Source: Mycobacteriales bacterium (lineage in GTDB: Bacteria > Actinomycetota > Actinomycetes > Mycobacteriales > CADCTP01). From it: DNA of 64,000 nt. The DNA is taken from assembly GCA_039648995.1 (NCBI GenBank), contig JBBWZH010000059.1, forward strand, positions 801 through 64,800. The letters are read 5' to 3'. The position numbers and the translations under genes are program-made. This document shows, in pieces, positions 8,757 to 16,079 of the stretch (the first letter of the stretch is position 1; each line of letters starts with the position of its first letter). The notes below the pieces were generated by a model. The model saw only the letters and a program-made list of their open reading frames with translations. It did not search any database and was not told the origin of the DNA.

Positions 8757-11700
8757 ATGCGCCCTGTCTTCGCGCGCTTCAAGGCCGGCTTGCTGGCCCT
8801 GGTACTGGCCGGACCGATTGCGGCGGTCCCACCGGCTACGGCGGCGGGCGCCGCGGCGCCGACCGTCGCGCCGAGCGTGGCACCGGCGGCGGGCAGTGTG
8901 GGCGGCGGTGCCGTCGTGACGCTGCTGACCGGTGACCGGGTGCGCCGGCTCGCCGGCGCCGACGGCGAGCCGGCTGTCGCTGTCGAGCCGGCCGCCGGCC
9001 GGGAACACGTCGGCTTCGTCCGCGAGTCGCGGCCGGCGGCCGGCGGTGACCATCTCAGCGTGGTGCCGGCCGACGCGCTGCCGCTGCTCGCCGCGGGCCG
9101 GCTGGACCCGCGCCTGTTCGATGTGACCGAGTTGACCCGGGAGGGCTTCACCGCCGGCCGCCCGCTGCCGCTGATCGTGACCTACGGCCGGTCCCGCGGG
9201 CCCGGCCGGCCGCTGCCGGCCGGCGCCCGCGCGGTGCGTGCGCTGCCCAGCATCGACGGCACGGCGGTACTGGCGGAGCCCGGCCGGGGCCCGGCGATGT
9301 GGGCCTGGCTGACCGGCACCGCCCGCCAGGGCGGCACAGCCGGCACCGTCGGCCCGGCCGGCACCGGGGGCGGCACGCCACGGGCGCTGGCCGACGGGAT
9401 CCGGACGGTCTGGCTGGACGCGTTGGCGCACCCGGCGCTGGATGTGAGCGTGCCGCAGATCGGCGCGCCGGTCGCCTGGCGGTCCGGCTTCACCGGGCGC
9501 GGCGTGACGATCGGCGTGCTGGACACCGGCATCGCGGCCGACCATCCGGACCTGGCGGGCAGGGTCGCCGAGTCGCGCGACTTCACCGGCACCCGCCCGG
9601 ACGCCGGTGACGACGTCGGTCACGGGACGCACGTGGCCGGTGTCCTCGCCGGCAGCGGCGCCGCCTCGGGCGGCCGCTACCGCGGGGTGGCGCCGGACGC
9701 GACGCTGCTCAACGGGAAGGTCTGCGTCTCGTCCGGCTGCCCGACCTCGGCGGTGATCGCCGGGATGGAGTGGGCGGCGCCGCAGGCCCGGGTGGTCAAC
9801 CTGAGCGTCGTCGCCGCCGCCACCGACGGCACCGACCCGCTGTCGCAGGCGGTCGACCAGCTCACCGCCCGCTACGGCACCCTGTTCGTGGCCGCGGCCG
9901 GGAACGGCGACCCGAGCGGGGCGGTCGCCGCGCCGGCCGCCGCCGACGCCGCGCTCGCCGTCGGCAGCGTGGACGCGGCGGACCGGACCAGCCCGTTCTC
10001 CAGCCGGGGCCCGCGCCGCGGCGACTACGCCGTCAAGCCCGACATCGCCGCGCCGGGGGACGGCATCGTGTCGGCCCGGGCCAGCGGCACACCGGGCGGC
10101 GACGCCGATCCGGTGGACGCGTACTACGCCCGGATGTCCGGGACCTCCATCGCGGCGCCGCACGTGGCCGGCGCGGCGGCGCTGCTGGCCCAGCAACATC
10201 CGGACTGGACCGCCGCGCTGCTGAAGTCCACGCTGATGAGCACGGCGCTGCCGACAGCGGCCGTGTTCGAGCAGGGCGCCGGCCGGGTCGACCTGGCCCG
10301 TGCGGTGAGCCAACCGGTGACCGCGACCAGCGGCAGCCTGAGCTACGGCTTCTTCGCCTGGCCCCGCGGCCGGCCGGTCAGCCGGTCCGTGCGCTACCGC
10401 AACGACGGCGATGCCGCGGTGACGCTACGGCTGGACCTGGCCGCCACCGGGCCGGATGGGCGGCCCGCGCCGGGCGGCCTGTTCGCCGCCGCGGTGCCGG
10501 CGGTCACCGTGCCCGCGCACGGTACGGCCGACGTGCCGGTCACCGCAGACCCGGCCGCCGCCGGCGCCGGCCGGTACGGCGGCCGGCTGACCGCCACCGC
10601 GCCGGGCGTCGCGGTGAGCACGGCGGTCGCCGCGGTGCTCGAACCGGAGAGCTACGACCTGACGCTGACGCTGGTCAGCCGGACGGGGCACTTCGAGGCC
10701 GGCGTGGCGCAGGCGGTCGACACCACCACCGGAGCGGTGTTCGGCATCCGGCCGTTCAGCCCGGACGGCACCGCCGTGGTCCGGCTGCCGCGGGGTCGCT
10801 ACGACATCAACGCGTTCGACTTCTCCGCTGACCCCGGCAACACGGCGCAGCCGCTGGCCGTGACGCTGCTGTCGGAACCCGACATGAACCTGGTCGCCGG
10901 CGCGGCGGTCCGGCTGGACGCCACCGCCGGGCAGCCGGTCCGCGCCGTGGCGGACCGACCCTCGGCCGTCCTCCAGGTCGGCGAGCTGGGCCTGGTCTCC
11001 GGCCGCCCGGCGGCCGCGACGGCGGCCTCGCTGAGCTGGCTGGCCAGCTCCCAGTACCAGCTGTTCGCTGTGCCCAGCCGGCGCCCGGTGACCGCCCACA
11101 CCTACGCGTTCTTCTTCCGCGCCACGCTCGCCGCCGCCGCGCCGGACACTGACCCGGCGACCCCGGTCTACCAGTTGGCGTTCCTGCACCGCGGCGGCAT
11201 CCCGGCCCGGACGGCGTTCCGGGTGCACGACCGGGAACTGGCGCGGGTCGCCGCCACCGACCACACCCAGGGCGCGCCGGCGGTCGCGCTGCGCGCCGAC
11301 TTCGCCCGGCTGCCGCTGCCGTTCACCGGGCTGGGCGTGTTCCAGGTCTACCGGTACCCGTTGCCGGTCCGGCGCACGGAGTTCTACACCGCGGACCCGC
11401 AGGTCACCTGGCAGCACCTGCTCGCCGTGCTCGGCGGCGACAACGAGTCGGACGGCGAGGTCCACACGTCGATCCGCTCCTACCGGCCCGGCCGGTCGGT
11501 CGCCGACTGGAACGCGGCCCCGCTCGGGCCGGCGTTCGGCGACCCCGGCGACGGCTGGGGCGTCACCCGCGTCGGCGACCAGTTGCAGGTCGCGGTGACC
11601 CTGCTGTCCGGCGCCGATCCGCACCAGTACACGAGCCCGCCGGGCGCCATGACCGGCACCACCACGCTGTCCCGCGACGGGGTGGAGCTGGGCACCAGCC

Positions 11701-12179
11701 CGGCCGCCGGGTCCGGTTCGTTCCCGCTCGCGAGCGGGCCGGGCCGGTACACGCTGCGCAGCACCGCCAGCCGCGTCGTCCCCTGGTCGGTGATCGGCAC
11801 CCAGGCGGACGTGACGTGGACGTTCCGGGAGGCCGGCGCCGCCGCGGCGGCTGTCCCGCCGCTGTTCGTGATCCGCGCGGTCGGGCCCGTCGACCTGGCC
11901 GACCGGGCACGGGCCGGTGCCGGCTACCGGCTGTCGTTGCTGGCCCAGCAGCAGCCGGGTGCGCCGCCGGTGCGGCTCGCCGGGCTGCGCGTCGAGGCGT
12001 CGGTGGACGACGGGGCCAGTTGGCGCCCGGTGCCGACGGTGCACGGCCGCGGCGGCGGTCTGGCGTTGCTGCGCAACCCGGCTGGTGGCTTCGTGTCGCT
12101 GCGCATCTCCGCCCGGGACCTGGCCGGCGACACGGTGACGCAGACCGTGCTGCGGGCGTACCAGGTCGCACCCGGGTAG
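8757..12179 (+). CDS. secreted subtilisin-like serine protease (peptidase S8) with long C-terminal extension
   Basis: ATG at 8757 after GGGGGAG. Signal peptide MRPVFARFKAGLLALVLAGPIAAVPPATAA. Catalytic triad blocks VLDTGIAADHPDL, GHGTHVAGV and SGTSIAAPHVAGAAALL. Confidence 0.9.
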   Translation: MRPVFARFKAGLLALVLAGPIAAVPPATAAGAAAPTVAPSVAPAAGSVGGGAVVTLLTGDRVRRLAGADGEPAVAVEPAAGREHVGFVRESRPAAGGDHLSVVPADALPLLAAGRLDPRLFDVTELTREGFTAGRPLPLIVTYGRSRGPGRPLPAGARAVRALPSIDGTAVLAEPGRGPAMWAWLTGTARQGGTAGTVGPAGTGGGTPRALADGIRTVWLDALAHPALDVSVPQIGAPVAWRSGFTGRGVTIGVLDTGIAADHPDLAGRVAESRDFTGTRPDAGDDVGHGTHVAGVLAGSGAASGGRYRGVAPDATLLNGKVCVSSGCPTSAVIAGMEWAAPQARVVNLSVVAAATDGTDPLSQAVDQLTARYGTLFVAAAGNGDPSGAVAAPAAADAALAVGSVDAADRTSPFSSRGPRRGDYAVKPDIAAPGDGIVSARASGTPGGDADPVDAYYARMSGTSIAAPHVAGAAALLAQQHPDWTAALLKSTLMSTALPTAAVFEQGAGRVDLARAVSQPVTATSGSLSYGFFAWPRGRPVSRSVRYRNDGDAAVTLRLDLAATGPDGRPAPGGLFAAAVPAVTVPAHGTADVPVTADPAAAGAGRYGGRLTATAPGVAVSTAVAAVLEPESYDLTLTLVSRTGHFEAGVAQAVDTTTGAVFGIRPFSPDGTAVVRLPRGRYDINAFDFSADPGNTAQPLAVTLLSEPDMNLVAGAAVRLDATAGQPVRAVADRPSAVLQVGELGLVSGRPAAATAASLSWLASSQYQLFAVPSRRPVTAHTYAFFFRATLAAAAPDTDPATPVYQLAFLHRGGIPARTAFRVHDRELARVAATDHTQGAPAVALRADFARLPLPFTGLGVFQVYRYPLPVRRTEFYTADPQVTWQHLLAVLGGDNESDGEVHTSIRSYRPGRSVADWNAAPLGPAFGDPGDGWGVTRVGDQLQVAVTLLSGADPHQYTSPPGAMTGTTTLSRDGVELGTSPAAGSGSFPLASGPGRYTLRSTASRVVPWSVIGTQADVTWTFREAGAAAAAVPPLFVIRAVGPVDLADRARAGAGYRLSLLAQQQPGAPPVRLAGLRVEASVDDGASWRPVPTVHGRGGGLALLRNPAGGFVSLRISARDLAGDTVTQTVLRAYQVAPG

Positions 12180-12196
12180 CGAGCGGACCGCCGCCG

Positions 12197-12763
12197 TCAA
12201 CCGGCGACGGCGACGGCGGCCAGCGCGGCGATGACCGCAGCGCTGGTCAGTACGGCGAGGCGGCCGGCGTGCCGCGACCATTCGTCGCTCCACGCCTGGC
12301 CGTGCTCGTCGCCGTCCGGCCCCGGGTAGCGGACCGCGCTCGCGGTCATCAGCGCCCGGCCGAGCCCGAAGCCGGCGCCCGCGCACAGCGCGGCGACCGG
12401 CGACGCCAGCAGCGCGATCGCGATCGCGGCGGCGTACGGCAGCGCGCTGGGCAGGTAGGTGCGGGCGCCGGTGCCCATCTCCAGCCCGAACTGCAGCGGG
12501 CCGAGGTGCCGGCCGAACCGGAACACACTCTCCGGCACCAGCCGCCGGTTCTGCGGCACCCGCACCGCCCAGCCGCCCCACTCGACCAGTAGCAGCGCGC
12601 CGAGGGCGGCGGCGACCGCCGCCCACCGCGCCGGCTGCGGCACCGGCGCCCGGACCAGCGACCCCACGACCAGCAGCGCGGTCGCGGTCAGGCAGCCGCC
12701 GGCGACCAGGCCGGCACCGAAGGCCGCGGTGGGGGTGCCTCGCCGGACCGGCGAGCTCAGCAC
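12197..12763 (-). CDS. polytopic membrane protein, MauE-like (tentative)
   Basis: 188 aa with about 4-5 hydrophobic segments. It is the last gene of a co-directional operon with a MauD-like thioredoxin-fold protein. The family call is inferred from size, topology and context. Confidence 0.55.
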   Translation of the reverse strand: MLSSPVRRGTPTAAFGAGLVAGGCLTATALLVVGSLVRAPVPQPARWAAVAAALGALLLVEWGGWAVRVPQNRRLVPESVFRFGRHLGPLQFGLEMGTGARTYLPSALPYAAAIAIALLASPVAALCAGAGFGLGRALMTASAVRYPGPDGDEHGQAWSDEWSRHAGRLAVLTSAAVIAALAAVAVAG

Positions 12764-12781
12764 GAAGGCGGAGTTGCGGCT

Positions 12782-12934
12782 TCAGGTGGAGCCGCTGGTG
12801 GCGAACCCGGCCGCGGCGCCCAGCAGCGGCCAGCCGACCAGCGCCAGGCCGGGCCGGGTGGCGGCGGGGACCGCCGCCACCGCCCCCAGCAGCAGCCCGG
12901 CGGCCACCGGCACCGGGTGCCAGCGCCAGGTCAC
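12782..12934 (-). CDS. small two-TM membrane protein (hypothetical)
   Basis: GTG at 12934 forms a GTGA overlap with the stop of 12931..13500. The product is VTWRWHPVPVAAGLLLGAVAAVPAATRPGLALVGWPLLGAAAGFATSGST. It is the tail of track ORF 12782..13189. Confidence 0.4.
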   Translation of the reverse strand: MTWRWHPVPVAAGLLLGAVAAVPAATRPGLALVGWPLLGAAAGFATSGST

Positions 12935-13500
12935 GGCAGCGCCGACCGGCAGATCGTGCCGTAGGTCTGGCCCACGTCCGGGCTGCTCCAGAACGTCGTG
13001 TAGCCGTCCGAGCAGCGGTACGTGACGCCGTCCGGCGTGGTCCAGCGCCACGCGTTCTTGGTGGCGGTGGCGCCGCAGGAGCTGGAGATCGGCACGTGGT
13101 CGGCCCGGACGTCGCCGTACATCCAGGTGCCGAACTTGTGCCAGCCGGCCTCGCAGAAGTCGCTGCCGCGCCAGGTGCCGCCGAAGCACGCGGCGTACGT
13201 GTTGACGTAGTCGCCGCTGGTGTCGCTGAGCTGGTCGTACCCGGCGGGGTAGGCGTCGTGGCAGTCGGTCCGGTCCCAGCCCTGCAGCCCGTAGCGGCCG
13301 ACCTCGGCCCGCGCCGGCCGGCCCGCGATGGCGCCGGACCAGTTCAGCGCCGACGCGCCGACCGTCAGCGCGCCCAGCACGAGCCCGCGCAGCACCGCCC
13401 GGCGGCGGGCCGGCACGGTGAGCCCGGTCAGCGCGGTCGACCCGGCCGCCCCCGGCCGGGGCCGTCCGTGGTCGGGGATCTGGTCAACGGTCAACGGCAT
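12931..13500 (-). CDS. Tat-exported Cys/Trp-rich secreted protein (unknown family)
   Basis: Twin-arginine signal ARRRAVLRGLVLGALTVGASAL...ARA. The mature part is about 130 aa with 6 Cys and many Trp/Tyr. The start could instead be the GTG near 13413. Confidence 0.7.
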   Translation of the reverse strand: MPLTVDQIPDHGRPRPGAAGSTALTGLTVPARRRAVLRGLVLGALTVGASALNWSGAIAGRPARAEVGRYGLQGWDRTDCHDAYPAGYDQLSDTSGDYVNTYAACFGGTWRGSDFCEAGWHKFGTWMYGDVRADHVPISSSCGATATKNAWRWTTPDGVTYRCSDGYTTFWSSPDVGQTYGTICRSALP

Positions 13501-14029
13501 CGGGCGTCCTCTCCGGCTCGTCCGCGGCGGCGGCGCCCCAGTCGACGGCCGCTCTGTCGGCCTGCTCCGCCCGTACCGGCAGGAGCAGCTTGTGCACCGC
13601 GCCGGCCGGGTCGACCAGCATCAGCACCGGCGGCGACAGGTGCGAGATCGCCCGCCAGGCGTCCCGGTCGGTCACCACGGGTAGCTGGCCGGCGAGCCCG
13701 GCCCAGGCGGCGGCCGGCTCATGGGTGAGCACGGTCGCGGTGGCACCGCGGTCGGCCAGCCGCCGCACGACCGTCACGCACAACCCGCAGCCGGTGTCGG
13801 CCGCCACCACCATCCGCGGGCCGGCGGCACCGGGCCCGGCCGGGTCGGCCGGCGGCCCGGCGAACGAGCCGCCGAGGGTGAGCTCGGGCTGCGCGGCGGT
13901 GAACCCGTCCGGATCCCGGCTCACCAGCGCCCGCAGCAGCCGGACCTCGCGCAGCACCGCGCCCAGGCCGAGGAAGAGGAGCACGATCGCGACCCAGGTC
14001 AGCACCGCGAACGCGGCGGTCGGCGACAT
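13484..14029 (-). CDS. membrane-anchored thioredoxin-fold protein with CxxC (MauD-like)
   Basis: N-terminal TM AAFAVLTWVAIVLLFLGLGAVL followed by REVRLLRALV. The CGLC motif lies in a roughly 100-aa C-terminal domain. The layout resembles MauD accessory proteins. Confidence 0.65.
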   Translation of the reverse strand: MSPTAAFAVLTWVAIVLLFLGLGAVLREVRLLRALVSRDPDGFTAAQPELTLGGSFAGPPADPAGPGAAGPRMVVAADTGCGLCVTVVRRLADRGATATVLTHEPAAAWAGLAGQLPVVTDRDAWRAISHLSPPVLMLVDPAGAVHKLLLPVRAEQADRAAVDWGAAAADEPERTPDAVDR

Positions 14030-14035
14030 CGGCCC

Positions 14036-14746
14036 TCAGCCCTGCCGCCAGCTGACGTCGATGCCGTCCAGCCACGCGAGCTGATCACTCTCGGTGGCCA
14101 CCGCCGACGGCGTCAGGTGCACCTCGGCGGCGCCGCCGGCGCAGCCGAGGATGAACACGTGCTCGCTGGCCCGGCCCGACCCCGCGGCCCCGGGATACGG
14201 CGCCTTCCATACCTCGCCGTGCCGCGTCGGCGCGCCGGCGTGCCGGGGGATCAGCGCCCGCGCCTGCCGCGGCCCGGGCACGCACAGCGAGCCGCGGTCC
14301 TTCACCACGATCATCACCTGCTCGGTCATGGTGTCCAGCAGCGTCGCCGACGCCGGCCGGACCACCATGCCCGCGACGTGGTCGGTGATCCGCAGCGAGC
14401 TGAACAGGGCCAGCACCCTGTCCCGGCGGGGCGCCGGCCCGGCGTACACGGTCATCAGCTCGTGGTAGGTGCCCAGCAGGGTCGCCCACGACGACTGGCC
14501 GTCGTCGGCCTCGGCGACGACGACCTCGCGCCCGTGCACGACCAGCCGGTCGCGCTCGGTCGCCGGGGCCACCACGGTCGCCGCGAACCGGTGGTAGCCG
14601 CGCGGGCCGATCTGGAAGCCGGTGCCGAACGACCCGCCGACGAACCGGACGCCGGCCGCGACGCTGGACACCGCAGCGTCGTCGGGCAGGTCGACCTCGA
14701 CGGTCGCCCCGCTGGGCGCGATCAGGTTCAGCCTCGATGTACTCAT
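14036..14746 (-). CDS. hypothetical cytoplasmic protein (first gene of operon)
   Basis: ATG at 14746 (MSTSRLNLIAPSG...). High G/C at third positions, no signal peptide. Only 6 nt separate it from the next gene. Confidence 0.6.
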   Translation of the reverse strand: MSTSRLNLIAPSGATVEVDLPDDAAVSSVAAGVRFVGGSFGTGFQIGPRGYHRFAATVVAPATERDRLVVHGREVVVAEADDGQSSWATLLGTYHELMTVYAGPAPRRDRVLALFSSLRITDHVAGMVVRPASATLLDTMTEQVMIVVKDRGSLCVPGPRQARALIPRHAGAPTRHGEVWKAPYPGAAGSGRASEHVFILGCAGGAAEVHLTPSAVATESDQLAWLDGIDVSWRQG

Positions 14747-14845
14747 ACACGACCCCCGCGTGCCGCAACGTGCGCGAAGAGTAGCCAATGTACGAGGTTT
14801 GTCGCAACGACTACCGGGATCGCGGTGTTTCCTGTCGCGTGGCCC

Positions 14846-14877
14846 GGCGGTGCCGACCTCGGGGGTTCGGCACCGCC
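14846..14877 (-). terminator. GC-rich hairpin after the methyltransferase gene
   Basis: Perfect 11-bp stem GGCGGTGCCGA / TCGGCACCGCC with a 10-nt loop, about 25 nt downstream of the stop at 14900. There is no U-tract (I-shaped type). Confidence 0.5.
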
Positions 14878-14899
14878 CGGACCATCGTCCGGTGGCCGG

Positions 14900-15955
14900 C
14901 TACTTGCGCGCTTCGTAGACCAGGTTGAACGGGGTCTCGCCGACCTGCTCGAAGCGGGTGAACCCGGCGTCGGTGGCGACCTGGCGGATCGCGGACGGCC
15001 CGGCCTGCGCGCCGAGCGCGTACCCGCCGGCCTGCGACAGGGCGCTCGGGACGCACAGCAGCGTGGAGAACGAGTAGTACACGCGGCCGACCGGGTTCAT
15101 GTTGCCGGCGACCGTGTCACCGGCCCAGGGCTCCACGATCAGCCAGCTGCCGTCCGCGGCCAGTGCCTGCCGGATGTGCCGGGCGGCGCCCACCGGGTCG
15201 CCCATGTCGTGCAGGCAGTCGAAGGTGGCGACCAGGTCGTAGCCGGTGCCGGTGAAGGTCTGCGCGCCGGCGACCTGGAAGCTGACCCGGTCGGCGACGC
15301 CGGCATCCGCGGCCCGCTTGCGCGCGGCCTCGATCGACCCGTCGTGGTAGTCGGAGCCGACCAGGCTGGCGGCCGGGTACTCCCTGGCCAGCAGCACGGT
15401 CGACGCGCCGTGCCCGCAGCCGACGTCGGCGACCTTCCCGCCGGCCCGCAGCTTCGCGTCCACGCCGGTCAGCGCCGGGATCCAGGACGGCGTCAGGTTC
15501 GCCGCGTAGCCGGGCCGGAAGAACCGTTCGCAGCCGGCGAACACGTCCTGGTCGTGCTCGTGCCAGCCCATCCCGGCACCGGTCCGGAAGGCCTCGGTGA
15601 TCTGCGGCACCGCCTGCAGCGCGCCGAGCGCGAGCTGGAACGCGCCGGGCAGGAAGACCGCGCCGTCCGGGTCGGTCAGCGCGAACGCCTGCTCCTCGGT
15701 GAGCGAGTAGGTGTCGGCCTCCGGCTGGTAGTTGATGTAGCCGGACGCGGCCTGCCCCCGCGCCCACTCGGTGACGTACCGCGGGCTGGTGTCGGTGCGC
15801 TCGGCCAGCTCCGACGCGGTCGCCGGGCCGGCCGCGAGCGCCCGGTAGAGGCCGAGCCGGTCGCCGATCACCACCGAGCCGGCGGCGACGGTCGCCCCCA
15901 GGTCGCCGGCGAACCGGCCGATGAATTCCATCAGGGTGTCCTGGTCCACGGTCAT
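14900..15955 (-). CDS. class I SAM-dependent methyltransferase
   Basis: ATG at 15955 after GGGAGA. SAM motif I VADVGCGHGAS, then DLVATFDCLHDMGDP. An N-terminal winged-helix-like dimerisation region is present. Confidence 0.85.
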   Translation of the reverse strand: MTVDQDTLMEFIGRFAGDLGATVAAGSVVIGDRLGLYRALAAGPATASELAERTDTSPRYVTEWARGQAASGYINYQPEADTYSLTEEQAFALTDPDGAVFLPGAFQLALGALQAVPQITEAFRTGAGMGWHEHDQDVFAGCERFFRPGYAANLTPSWIPALTGVDAKLRAGGKVADVGCGHGASTVLLAREYPAASLVGSDYHDGSIEAARKRAADAGVADRVSFQVAGAQTFTGTGYDLVATFDCLHDMGDPVGAARHIRQALAADGSWLIVEPWAGDTVAGNMNPVGRVYYSFSTLLCVPSALSQAGGYALGAQAGPSAIRQVATDAGFTRFEQVGETPFNLVYEARK

Positions 15956-16079
15956 CGCGCTCTCCCTCTGCTGGCCGGCCATACGTGACCGGGTCACGGT
16001 GCCGGCCGTCCTTGCAGGACCGTTGCAACGCGACTGCAATCCGGGCCGGCGGTCGGGGCGTGCGGCCGCCGGATGGGGA

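Noticed and set aside
12931-13500. Identification of the Tat-exported Cys-rich protein as the methylamine dehydrogenase light chain (MauA).
   Set aside because: It has only 6 Cys rather than the roughly 12 of MauA, and it shows no similarity to the MauA sequence as I recall it. No heavy chain, MauG or amicyanin genes are nearby. Only the MauD/MauE-like context is retained as a hypothesis.
13721-15988. 755-aa plus-strand ORF, plus 10425..12626 and 41566..43386 on the minus strand.
   Set aside because: Same reasoning: these are shadow frames of well-supported genes on the opposite strand.
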